The notes beneath the pieces were generated by a model. That model was not told where the DNA came from. It ran no database searches and was given only the letters and a program-made list of their open reading frames with translations. From contig OZ252100.1 of assembly GCA_965248435.1 (NCBI GenBank), positions 2,816,001 through 2,880,000 on the forward strand: DNA of 64,000 bases. The letters are read 5' to 3'. Both the position numbers and the translations under genes were made by a program. Of this stretch, positions 30,001 to 39,562 are shown in pieces. The stretch is from Candidatus Latescibacterota bacterium (GTDB taxonomy: Bacteria; Latescibacterota; UBA2968; GCA-2709665). Every line of letters starts with the position of its first letter. The first letter of the stretch is position 1.

Positions 30001-32609
30001 CTGGAGCCCGTGAGCGTGTCCACGTCGGCCCCGCCGATCACATCCTGGATGCCGGCCACCGTACCGCCCACTCCAGGCACGCTGCCCGGGCTCAGCGCAG
30101 ACAGGTTCACGGTCGTCGTCAGACCGTAGCCTGAGAAGTCCAGCGTGTTGATCTTATCGGCCGCCTGTCCCGCCGGATTGGCTGTCAGGTCGCCGGACAG
30201 GGACGCACCCTTTTCGAGCCGGACATAGTTGTTTCCCTTGCCCGCGATCAGGTTGTCGACCTGCGTGGCCGACACCTTGTGGGCGGACGAGGAACTGCGT
30301 GAAGCGCTGTCGCTCACACTGACGCTGCCGTTGGCGCGAATCGTGAAGTAGAGGTCCTTCGTGACGTTGGAAAAATCGAGCGTCACTGTCGCAGCCGCCT
30401 CGTTGCCGACGGCGAAATCCTTTGCCCAGTCGTCGAAGAAGCGGTAGGTGTTCGAGCCGCTGCCACCGGTAATCGACTCGATGTGGCGGACCGCGGTCAG
30501 GCTGTCTGTGTTGCCAGCCAAATCGGTGGTTACGGTGACGCCGTTGTCGCCGCCCGTGCCGCTCTTTCTGATCTCGAAGGTGAGGTCGTTGCTGACCGCC
30601 GAAAAGTCGAGGGCGTCCGTCCCCTCGCCTGCCGCCTCCGTCACCGTGTCCTGACCCCAGTCGTTCGTGAAGACGAAGGTATCGCTCCCGGTTCCTCCGA
30701 CGAGGGTGTCGTTGGAAACATCGCCGCCTTCCAGGGTATCGTCACCAGACCCACCTTCCAGGGCGTCGGTGCCGGCGCCGCCGCGCAGCGTGTCGTCCCC
30801 CGCCTCGCCGAACAGCTGGTCCGCAGCCGCCCCACCGATTAGCGTGTCGCTGCCCTTGCCGCCGTGCAGCTCGTTGGCCCCGGCCGCGCCCGTGAGGCTG
30901 TCGTTGTTGGAGCCTGCCTTGACGACGTGGATGTTCTTGAAACCGTCCCCGATGCCGCTCGCCGTGCCGTTTGTGGGGGTCGTAAAGGTGACGGCTGCTC
31001 GCGTCGCCTTGGAGAACGGATTTGTGGGATCTTTGTACTGAAGGGTGTTGGTGCCACCGCCCCCGTCGATCTCACCCTTGATGCTGGCGCCCTTCTCAAT
31101 GATGAAGGTGTTGTTCCCCGTTCCGCCTTTCAGGTTCTCCACGTTCTTTGCAGTCACAGTACCGGAGGCCCCCGACACCACGACGTCGCCGTTGGACTTG
31201 ATCGTGAAAGTCAGGACTTCGCTGATGGTCGAGAAGTCTAGCGTATCCTTCCCTTCTCCGGCTTTCTCCACTACGCTGTCGCTGCCGAAGGTGCCCGTGA
31301 ACTTGTAGACGTCGTTGCCGGAGCCTCCCTGCAGGGTGTCGGCGCCCGCCTTGCCGTCGATCGTGTCGGCACCGCCGAAACCGTTGATCGTGTCGACACC
31401 GCTCGTGCCATTGAGGGTCTGTCCGGCGTCTGTGCCGTCGATGACGCCCAGCGCCACAGCCTTTGCTGCAGGGAGCGCGCCCCTCAGATCAGGATCACCC
31501 TTTTCCGAATCCGATGCGTCATCCGGAACAAGACCCCATCCAATTCCTGAAGGAGAGAGGGGAATGACGGTATCCGAATCCATTAGGCCCGTACTCAACT
31601 CCAGCACCCAGCTGCTGCCCGGATCCACCATGCCCGACAGACGCGCCGATTCGGTCAGATTCTCGACCGAGGCAATGCTGAATCCGTCCGATTCAGGGTT
31701 CAGCTCGTAGAGCAGCAGATCGCCATTTGGCAACAGGTTCCACGGGCCCGTACGGAAGAGCCGCGACCCGCGTTTCGTCTGGTTCCGATCCTGCTCCTCG
31801 TTTCCGTTCCGAAGCGCGTCCCTCGCCGCGAGAGACATGATGTGAGCGGCCGCGACGTCCCGGGTATCCGCGAGCGCCTCTTGGATCTGGCGAATCACGT
31901 CCCCGTCCGGATTCAGCACCACAACACGATACGTTCCATCGCCCTTCGAAGCAGTCTCGAACGGTTTTACGGGAAGCGAAAGGAGGTCCTGATCGGTCTC
32001 GATCGTCCAGCCTTTCAGGTTTTCCGGCGCGTCGGCCTCTGTCTGGTTTTCCGCTGTGTCCGATCGCTCCGTGACCCATTGCCGGACCTCAGGAGGGATC
32101 TCTCTTTCTGTCGCGTCGATCTCCGGCGCGTCTTTCAGAAGCGACTCCGATTCCACCATTTCCGGATCGACAAAAACAATCTGCACGCCAGACTGTTGCG
32201 AGGCCGCAAAGGCGGCGTAAGCCGCGGCGTTTGCGGGCGCAGGTGTCCCCTCGAAACCATCGGCCTGCCCTTCAAGCGCCACGACCCCATCTGGATCGAT
32301 CGAGGGCGCTGCGTCGGCGACAGGGATCGCAACGCCACCCTCTGCGACCGAGGACTCGGGCCCCGGTCTATCCGAAGCCGTGGCCTCCGCATCGATGAAG
32401 CCCGTGTCCAGCTCCACGATGGCGGGCTGCATGTCCGGAAGCAGGTCCGCTTCCTGCATCGCAGCGGATACAGGATCCGCTGAAAGCAGAATGCGAGGCT
32501 CCATCGGCTCGAAGACCATCCGCCTTCGACTCCGGGCCTCCATCGACCGGATCAGTCTCCGCCTCTGTGGACTGAGACCTTTATTCACACCCTTTATGCG
32601 CTTTGGCAT
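23991..32609 (-). pseudogene. Giant LEPR-XLL / DUF4347-like / RTX Ca-binding repeat surface protein, C-terminally truncated by IS30
   Basis: N-terminal FEPMEPRILLSAD and many GGxGxDxLx nonapeptides; the last ~12 codons (LDSMTKCNTWT*) are read from the IS30 right IR. Confidence 0.88.
24800..27215 (-). repeat. Intragenic array of 17 repeats of 44-56 aa (core 138-bp period)
   Basis: ANLxAxxLxGDGSSTD...GLK(T/A)DRDxxNxxx; near-identical 138-bp units at 25231, 25369, 25507, 25645, 25783 and 25921. Confidence 0.92.
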
Positions 32610-32710
32610 ACCTCATCCCCTCGTTGTACTACAGAAAAAAACTCCGTGCTCATTCATAACTCGTGACAAAATCAATAGAGGTCTATTATTAATGTAGAGC
32701 TCTCCGACAT

Positions 32711-32756
32711 AAAAAAATCCAGACACCGCCTGTTTAGCTGAAACAGCGCACCTGGA
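32711..32756 (-). terminator. Intrinsic terminator about 100 nt upstream of the adhesin ATG
   Basis: Minus strand TCCAGGTGCGCTGTTT-CAGCT-AAACAGGCGGTGTCTGGA-T7. Confidence 0.7.
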
Positions 32757-32871
32757 AATGATTACTCGACACGAAGACGCATCCTCCCCCGAAAGGTAGT
32801 CTCACGCATATATGGGAACATTTAGATTTTCATAAGGTACGGTCTCCTCCAAACTCCTGTCAATGAATTAA

Positions 32872-32908
32872 TTGTTCGAAAATCCGAACTTTGTTCTTAA
32901 TGCGGAAC
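32872..32908. promoter_or_regulatory. Tandem TTGTTC-N8-GAAC operator (19-bp period)
   Basis: TTGTTCgaaaatccGAAC and TTGTTCttaatgcgGAAC; same motif at 39413-39468. Confidence 0.6.
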
Positions 32909-32957
32909 TGGACTATGTGGAAACCTATTCACCGTAAGTGCATTTAACTTATGACTC

Positions 32958-33692
32958 TTACGGAATGATTTGCGTCCGTGCACCTATTCCGCCTGGTGAG
33001 ATGTTTTTCCGATGTTGTCCAGGGGGCACACCGACAAACCTGCGAAATGCAGCCGTAAGAATTCGATAATTCCCAAAACCGCACTTCTCCGCAACCGTAT
33101 ACAGGTGCTCGTCAGTCGATTCGATCATCTCTTTTGCCCTCTGCACGCGGTAATAAGTCAGTCTTGTACGATACGACATGCCCACCTTTTCGTTGAGCAG
33201 TTTGGAAACATATCTGGACGAGATCCTGAAATCTCTGGCCAGTGTCTCCACACTCAATAAGGAATCGCACGCGTGGTCTTTTAGAAAGGCGTCCAGCTCG
33301 TCTGCGAGACTGGTGATCGGTGGATAGCGGATATCGAGCAGCCCCTGGATGACGGACTTCAGGGCCTTTAACTTGAACGGCTTCTTGAGGAAATCCTTTG
33401 CCCCCCGCTTCATCGCCCATACGGCCGTTTCCACGGTCGCATAGCCCGTCAGAAAAATAACGTCCGTGTCGAGTCCTTTTTCCTGGATCGCTTTGAACAC
33501 CTCCATGCCGTTGAGACGGGGCATCTTCAGGTCCAGGACCGCGACGTCGAACGGGCGGCTCAAGAGCAAGTCCAGGGCTTCCTGACCGTCCTTAGCCAGG
33601 TCAAGGTTCCAATTCTTCGAACGGAAAGCGACCCGAATCATCGCGAGGAGCGAAAGATCATCATCTGCAATGAGAACACGGGGTTGCGGCAT
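32958..33692 (-). CDS. Response regulator with AraC-type HTH
   Basis: REC (VLDLKMP, FLTG, KPF) plus VAEKCGFGNY...AFRRFVGVPPGQHR. Confidence 0.92.
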   Translation of the reverse strand: MPQPRVLIADDDLSLLAMIRVAFRSKNWNLDLAKDGQEALDLLLSRPFDVAVLDLKMPRLNGMEVFKAIQEKGLDTDVIFLTGYATVETAVWAMKRGAKDFLKKPFKLKALKSVIQGLLDIRYPPITSLADELDAFLKDHACDSLLSVETLARDFRISSRYVSKLLNEKVGMSYRTRLTYYRVQRAKEMIESTDEHLYTVAEKCGFGNYRILTAAFRRFVGVPPGQHRKNISPGGIGARTQIIP

Positions 33693-33776
33693 CTAAACTA
33701 TTCTCCTTCAATAAGAAGGGTCGATAACGAAACCGCTCCCCTTTTATTAGGTACCGAAGATTCTGGCGGCCATTAC

Positions 33777-34145
33777 TCATTCACCAAGCATTTCTTTTAA
33801 AGCATCCAGTATTTCCTTCACGCGAAACGGCTTTTCAAACGCTTGCTCGGCACCATACTGCTTGGAGATAGAGACAATGTCCAGTTCTTCTCTTACGCCC
33901 ATAGCTGAAATCGCAATGATCTTGAGTTCAGGGAATTCCTTCTTGGCTTCTCTGATGAAATCCAGCCCGCTCTTCTTCGGCAGAAAGATATCCACGATCG
34001 CCGCATCAGCAGGATTCTGGCGGTTCTTTTCAATCCCCTCCTCGCCATCGCACGCATCTTCCACTTCATAGCCGGCCATCCCAAGCATCTTCTTGATGGC
34101 GGTCCGTTCCACTTCCTCATCTTCTATGATAAGCACTCTTTTCAT
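33777..34145 (-). CDS. Single-domain response regulator
   Basis: LIIEDE, IVDIFLP, IAISA, EKPF. Confidence 0.92.
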   Translation of the reverse strand: MKRVLIIEDEEVERTAIKKMLGMAGYEVEDACDGEEGIEKNRQNPADAAIVDIFLPKKSGLDFIREAKKEFPELKIIAISAMGVREELDIVSISKQYGAEQAFEKPFRVKEILDALKEMLGE

Positions 34146-34339
34146 GCCTAATTACTTCCCCGAATCGGAAATTATCACTCAAGAAGTATCGGGAGAGATG
34201 GGTTGCTGCTTTCGCTGTTCTGGTTTGAAAGATTTGACCAATCTAACCCCATCGGATTGACCCTCCTTCACCATCTGACGTTCATCGTTCATCCGACTGT
34301 CTTTCTTAGCGCCCCCGCGCAATTTCGTGATCCCGCCTT

Positions 34340-34535
34340 TTCGATCCAAGATCCACGTGCTTTTCTCTGCACCTTCTGCGCCTCTGCGGTGATTCCAGGT
34401 TCTGACTCCCGGTAACCTGATCCTACAACCCACGATCCACTGGTTCTTCTCCGCGACATCTGCGCCCCGGATCAAGTCCGGGGTAGGCCTCCGCGGTGAG
34501 ATTTGCTTTTCGATCCACGATCAACGATTCACGGA
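34340..34535. repeat. Mosaic of short periodic/REP-like repeats
   Basis: GATCCAC/GATCAAC heptamers, CTCTGCACCTTCTGCGCCTCTGCGGT nonamer run, CCCCGGATCAAGTCCGGGG hairpin. Confidence 0.6.
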
Positions 34536-34537
34536 AT

Positions 34538-35380
34538 TTAACCCGCAAGCGTCGTACGGTGCATGATCCGTTTGTATTTCCGGCTGTCAAACGGCCGCGC
34601 CCGGTGGAGGCAGTAGCGGTTGTCCCACATCACGAGGTCGTTCGCGCGCCAGGAATGGCTGTAGACGAACTGCGGCCGTGTCGCCCACTCCAGGAGTTCC
34701 TTCAGCAGGGCCCTGCCCTTCTCGATCGGCCACCCGATGATATGTGATGCGTAAGAGCCGACGAGGAGCGCCTTCTCGCCCGTCTCTGGAACCGTGCGAA
34801 TCAGCGCGTGCTCTACCGGAGGGGCCTCCTTCCGGAAGGCTTCAGTGACCAGCTCCGGGGCGATCTGGGCCCGCGAGTAGGCCATGCTGTGCTCGACGAT
34901 CAGCCCTTCCAGGCTGGCCTTCCTCTCCTCCGACAGCGCAGCATAGGCTGCACGGACGCAGGCGAATTCGGTCTCGCCCTGCTCGGGCGGCACAACCTTC
35001 GCAGAAAGCAGTGAGCCTCGCAATGGCCTTCCTGTAAATGCTCCGTCGGAGTGCCAGAGCTCGTTGCCGAAGTAGTACTTCATACGTGTGTCTTCGGGCG
35101 GGATGATCTCGCCACCGTCATCTACGTTCGTAATGCGGTTGATTGGGCCTCCACCGCCGAGGGGGTCGGTCTTCATCGTCATCTGCAGCGGTCCGAAAAG
35201 CTCGCTAAAGACGACGTGTTGTTCGTCGGTGACCTCCTGATCGTGGAAGACGAGCACGCACTGTTTGTTGAATGTGTCGCGAAGCGCCTCAGCCGTCTCG
35301 CCATCGATGGGTGAAGTGATATCGACGCCCTGAACCTCCGCGCCGAACAGTTCGTGGAGTTTGTTAACGGTGATCGCCAT
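34538..35380 (-). CDS. TauD/TfdA-family alpha-ketoglutarate-dependent dioxygenase
   Basis: WHSD (HxD), GETEFA, WDNRYCLHRA, MHRTT. Confidence 0.93.
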   Translation of the reverse strand: MAITVNKLHELFGAEVQGVDITSPIDGETAEALRDTFNKQCVLVFHDQEVTDEQHVVFSELFGPLQMTMKTDPLGGGGPINRITNVDDGGEIIPPEDTRMKYYFGNELWHSDGAFTGRPLRGSLLSAKVVPPEQGETEFACVRAAYAALSEERKASLEGLIVEHSMAYSRAQIAPELVTEAFRKEAPPVEHALIRTVPETGEKALLVGSYASHIIGWPIEKGRALLKELLEWATRPQFVYSHSWRANDLVMWDNRYCLHRARPFDSRKYKRIMHRTTLAG

Positions 35381-35404
35381 TCAACGTTCCTGCTCGAGAA
35401 CCTA

Positions 35405-35761
35405 TTATTGCTTTAGCGCTTCGCGGACTGCCCCACGCACCTCGGCGACCTTGAATGGCTTTCCGAAGACGGCAGCAGGATGCAAATGCTCCAATTCTTC
35501 TCGCGATGTGTCGGATTCGACATAGGCCGATATGATGATGAAAGGGATGTCCTTGGGCAGATTCTTGATGAAAACGACGCCATCGACCTCAGGCATCCTA
35601 AGGTCGGTAATGATAAGATCGACGCGTTGTTTGCCTATGACTTCCGAGAGTGCAAAGATCCCGTCGGCTGCCTCAATAACATCAAATTCATCCGCCAACA
35701 CAGTCAGCAAAAGTTCCCTGATCGCCGAATCGTCATCGACCACCAGAACCGTCGGCTTCAT
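35405..35761 (-). CDS. Single-domain response regulator
   Basis: LVVDDD, ITDLRMP, IISA, KPF. Confidence 0.9.
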   Translation of the reverse strand: MKPTVLVVDDDSAIRELLLTVLADEFDVIEAADGIFALSEVIGKQRVDLIITDLRMPEVDGVVFIKNLPKDIPFIIISAYVESDTSREELEHLHPAAVFGKPFKVAEVRGAVREALKQ

Positions 35762-35934
35762 GGTTCCCATCCTCCTTCTCTTGAGCCTCAACCTCTGGAA
35801 AGTGAGGGCGCAACCTGCAAATCAACCCACGCAAAATAGCTTCGTGGAATCGCCAATTCAAACGAATTGTGAAGGCGGGAATCACTGCCCCGAAATCTGC
35901 TGGACAACCGCAAACTCCACGGGCTTGAAGGCGA

Positions 35935-37734
35935 TCAGGCCCGGGTTCTTCGCTGAATCTCCTGATGGTAATAGGACATCATGTTTGATCGAGTGATGAC
36001 GCCGACCAGTGTGCGACTTTCAGAATCATCCACAACAGGCAGGCTGGAAATGTCCCCCGTTGCAAAAACACTCAAAGCCCTGGACAATGGTGCATCGGCT
36101 TCAACGCACTCCGAATCAGAATTCATGGCGTCTGCGGCAATGAGCAGCGAATAGAGGTCTGTATCCATCATCACGGAGCGAATGTCCTGGAAGGAAATAA
36201 CGCCTTGCAAGCTCCCTACCTTGTCGACCACGGGAAAATCAACGGACTCGCCGTGCTGCAAAAGCGTCGCGACCTGTCCCAGCGGCGTGTGCTTTTCGAC
36301 AAAATCGAAACTCGTGCTCATTGCTTGCTGGACCTGGATAGAATCCAGAACTGACATGTCTACGCCTTGTGCAACTCTGAGACCGCGACGAGACAGTTTC
36401 AGCGTATAGATCGACTCTTTCTCGAGGTGCCTTGCGACAAGCGTACTAATTACCGTGGCGAGGATGAGGGGGAGGATGATCAGGTAGTCGTCTGTAAGCT
36501 CGAGGAGGATCAGCATTGCCGTGAGGGGTGCGTGCGTCGTGCCCGCGACCACAGCCCCCATTCCGACGAGGGCATAGGCTCCCACTTCTGACGTAGCGCC
36601 AGGCAACAGGTAGGCAGCCAGGTGTCCATACGACCCACCGAGCATTGCCCCGATGAAGAGTGAGGGCGCGAAGACCCCCCCCGATCCTCCAGAGCCGATG
36701 GTCAGGCTGGTCGCCAGTATTTTCGCCACGAGCAGGATCAGAATCAAGCTTACCTCGGTCCTCCCGAGCAGTGTGTCCGTAATCGCCTCGTAACCGACTC
36801 CGAAGATCTGCGGCAGAAACATCCCGATACAACCAATAAAGGCTCCCCCCAGAGCCGGTTTCATGTACCGCGAGATGGGGAGCTTGTCAAAAGCGTCTTC
36901 AAAGAGGTATAGGAGCCTGATGAGTAAGACCGCAACGACACCGGCCAGAATCGCCAGACCTGCGTAGCTGAACAGTTCGAAGGGGCTGGTCAATTGGTAC
37001 TTAGGGATATCGAAGGCGGCGCCGTGACCGATTGTATGACGACTTACAGCGTTGGCCACGACTGAGGACAGGAGGATCGGACTGAACGTGCGAACGCTGA
37101 AGTCGCCCAGAATGACCTCCAAGGAGAAAAGCCCTCCTGCGATCGGCGCGTTGAAGGTCGCTGAGATGCCAGCTGCAGCCCCGCACCCTACCAGAACCTT
37201 GAGTCGCTCACCAGAGAACCTGAACAGCTGCCCGACACTGGAACCGAACGATGACACGATGTGTACGATAGGACCTTCCCGCCCCACAGAGCCACCGGAA
37301 CCGATACATATCGCAGAGGCCAGGGCTTTGAGGGGCATCACCCTCGTTCGGATACGACCATTCTCCGCGGCAACGGAGGCCATAACTTCGGGGATACCGC
37401 TTCCCCTGGCTTCCGGCGCCAGCTTGATCACGATGAACCCGACGATCAAGCCTCCCATTGCGGGTATTAGAGGGAGCAGAAACTCGTTCCCAAGGAACCC
37501 TGCCCCCTCGATCAGGAATAGATGGTTGAATTGAGCAATCAACCATCTAAAGCAAAAGGCACCGAACCCCCCACCCAGACCGATGATGATTGAGAGTCCG
37601 AGCAGGAACGGGGCTTCAGTGAGGCCCCTTGTGGCGAATAGCTTGATGGCCTGGCGGCGAAGGCCCAGCACGACCCGGGCGAGAACGAGAATAGGAGAGG
37701 TCTTTCCAGATGAATCTTGGGAGGAATTTGGCAA
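35935..37734 (-). CDS. CLC chloride channel/antiporter with C-terminal CBS pair
   Basis: GSGIP, GREGP and GVFAP signature motifs; two CBS domains. Confidence 0.95.
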   Translation of the reverse strand: MPNSSQDSSGKTSPILVLARVVLGLRRQAIKLFATRGLTEAPFLLGLSIIIGLGGGFGAFCFRWLIAQFNHLFLIEGAGFLGNEFLLPLIPAMGGLIVGFIVIKLAPEARGSGIPEVMASVAAENGRIRTRVMPLKALASAICIGSGGSVGREGPIVHIVSSFGSSVGQLFRFSGERLKVLVGCGAAAGISATFNAPIAGGLFSLEVILGDFSVRTFSPILLSSVVANAVSRHTIGHGAAFDIPKYQLTSPFELFSYAGLAILAGVVAVLLIRLLYLFEDAFDKLPISRYMKPALGGAFIGCIGMFLPQIFGVGYEAITDTLLGRTEVSLILILLVAKILATSLTIGSGGSGGVFAPSLFIGAMLGGSYGHLAAYLLPGATSEVGAYALVGMGAVVAGTTHAPLTAMLILLELTDDYLIILPLILATVISTLVARHLEKESIYTLKLSRRGLRVAQGVDMSVLDSIQVQQAMSTSFDFVEKHTPLGQVATLLQHGESVDFPVVDKVGSLQGVISFQDIRSVMMDTDLYSLLIAADAMNSDSECVEADAPLSRALSVFATGDISSLPVVDDSESRTLVGVITRSNMMSYYHQEIQRRTRA

Positions 37735-37920
37735 TCAATACTCACTGTTTTCGTGGACTGGAAGGAGGATGTTCGGCTCGGGGAAGGTAAAAAGAAACGT
37801 GGTGGAAGGAAAGTATGCAATCACCCAGGATGTGGAGCTCTTTGCGGCCAATCAAGATATCTCACTTGACCGCGAAGCTTATCCCGCGTGGCTTATGTCC
37901 ATCCGAAGGTCCAGGATGGC

Positions 37921-38793
37921 CTAAATCACCGACGGAACCTTCACCTTCCGCCTCTGATGGATCGATTTCTCCATCGCCTCGAGAACGGCGACCGGGGTCA
38001 GCATCGTCTCGACCGTTTCGTCGGTCTTTCCGGTCTTGAACATCCTGCAGAAGGCGCGGATCCCTGTCAGATACGGATTCGCTTCGTATTCGATCGGCAT
38101 ATCGACGCGTCCCTTCTCGCCGATGACGGAGACGTGAAAGGGTGTTTGTTGCTCCTTGAACAGATTCAGGGTGGAGATGGCGCCACGCGCGGAAAAGAGC
38201 GTGGCGGTATGGTTGTGGCCCTGTCCCCGATTGACCACGACGTGCGTGACGTCGTACTTCAGCAGACGGAGGACCATATCCACCTGGTGGATCCCGTAGA
38301 ACGACACACCGCCCCACTTCGATTTGACATCGCAGGGACCCGTCGTGACGATCGATTCGATGGGTCCGTTCTTCCTCACCTGCCTCTTGAGCTCCTGGAA
38401 GGCGGCCTGCTTGGGCAGGACTGAAAACGAACAGACTGGAACGTTCAGCCGCTTCGCCCGCGCAAGAAAGCGCCTCCCCTCTGCGACTCGATAGCAGAAC
38501 GGCTTGTCCACGAACAGTGGGATCTTCGCTTCGAGGAGCGGCCTCACGGCCGGCAGGTGATACCTCGCGTGGCGGTGATCCACGCACGCCGCATCCACTC
38601 GTCCAATCATTTCCTTAGGATCCTTCACGATCTCGGGGATGCCACCCTGCTCGGATGCCTCCTTTGCAAACAGACGCGTCTCCCCCCATACGGTCGTGAC
38701 TCTGAACCCGTGGACCTTCTTGTCGATGTTCAGCGTTTTCGCTATGGCTGCGGTGTGGCTGTTTTCAGCGCCGACAATACCGATTCTGATCAT
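37921..38793 (-). CDS. Gfo/Idh/MocA-family oxidoreductase
   Basis: IRIGIVG..NSH, FVDKP, FYGIH. Confidence 0.9.
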   Translation of the reverse strand: MIRIGIVGAENSHTAAIAKTLNIDKKVHGFRVTTVWGETRLFAKEASEQGGIPEIVKDPKEMIGRVDAACVDHRHARYHLPAVRPLLEAKIPLFVDKPFCYRVAEGRRFLARAKRLNVPVCSFSVLPKQAAFQELKRQVRKNGPIESIVTTGPCDVKSKWGGVSFYGIHQVDMVLRLLKYDVTHVVVNRGQGHNHTATLFSARGAISTLNLFKEQQTPFHVSVIGEKGRVDMPIEYEANPYLTGIRAFCRMFKTGKTDETVETMLTPVAVLEAMEKSIHQRRKVKVPSVI

Positions 38794-38869
38794 CGCTGAT
38801 TCGCTCCTCTCATTCCTCAGGGCTTCACCAGTCCAGATCCACGATAAGCGATTCACGCCCGAGTGCAAC

Positions 38870-38903
38870 AAAAAAGGCAAAGCCCCGAACGCAAAGCCTT
38901 GCC
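38870..38903 (-). terminator. Intrinsic terminator after the receiver gene
   Basis: GGCAAGGC...GCTTTGCC stem followed by T6. Confidence 0.75.
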
Positions 38904-38931
38904 CTGTCTGCAACAGCTCTTCCTCTACAGC

Positions 38932-39297
38932 TTAAAGCAGGATCTCCTTAACAGCTTCAATCAATCCCTCGGCTCTGAAAGGTTTTGGAAGAAAGTGTCT
39001 GACGCCCAACTCTCGAAGATGTTCGATCAGGGATTTGTTCAGATAGCCGGAAACGACGAGTACCGGCGTTTTCAGGTTCCGATGTTCAAAGACCTTCGCG
39101 ACGTCACTTCCATCAATAGCCGGCATGTTCAGGTCAAGCGTAATGAGGTCGTAGTTACCTGATAAGCCCTCTTCAATCGATGAGGCAAGATAAGGTTGGG
39201 CTTCTACTTCGTAACCGGCGCCTGTCAAAATGGTGTGAATGACGTCGCGAACATCATCCTCATCTTCGATCACCAGGATTCGTTTGGTCTTTGGCAT
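38932..39297 (-). CDS. Single-domain response regulator
   Basis: LVIEDE, ITLDLNMP, VVSGY, PKPF. Confidence 0.92.
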   Translation of the reverse strand: MPKTKRILVIEDEDDVRDVIHTILTGAGYEVEAQPYLASSIEEGLSGNYDLITLDLNMPAIDGSDVAKVFEHRNLKTPVLVVSGYLNKSLIEHLRELGVRHFLPKPFRAEGLIEAVKEILL

Positions 39298-39412
39298 GGG
39301 AATCTAAGAGGCTCGGCCTCCAGATGAAGAACACGCAAGTGATACGATTGGTCTTGATCGTCCCCGTTCGGTGATAATAGCCACACTTCAACTGGTTTCA
39401 AATCCCTTTCTT

Positions 39413-39468
39413 CTGTTCAATCCACAAAAAGTTGTTCACCTAACAGCACATTGTTCTTGAATCTGCAC
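39413..39468. promoter_or_regulatory. Triple (T/C)TGTTC-N8-GCAC operator (19-bp period)
   Basis: (T/C)TGTTC at 39413, 39432 and 39451; two copies are followed by N8-GCAC. Confidence 0.6.
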
Positions 39469-39562
39469 GGACTTGCGCATTTTCCTCAGACAAAGCACTC
39501 GACTCGGGGTAAATTGATTAATAGGAGCCAGATAGACGCTGATTCACACAAATCTGTATGAG

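Noticed and set aside
24001-32697. Many long plus-strand ORFs (e.g. 24741-26129, 27738-28811)
   Set aside because: These are antisense shadows of the GC-rich, repetitive adhesin gene, with no independent motifs.
32872-32908. LexA/SOS box
   Set aside because: The spacing (GTTC-N8-GAAC, GAAC-N3-GTTC) fits neither GAAC-N4-GTTC nor GTTC-N7-GTTC, and the adjacent genes are not repair genes.
38876-38903. c-di-GMP-I riboswitch (GGCAAA...ACGCAAAGCC on the plus strand)
   Set aside because: It lacks the GNRA-capped P2 stem and is better explained as a minus-strand terminator just after a stop codon.
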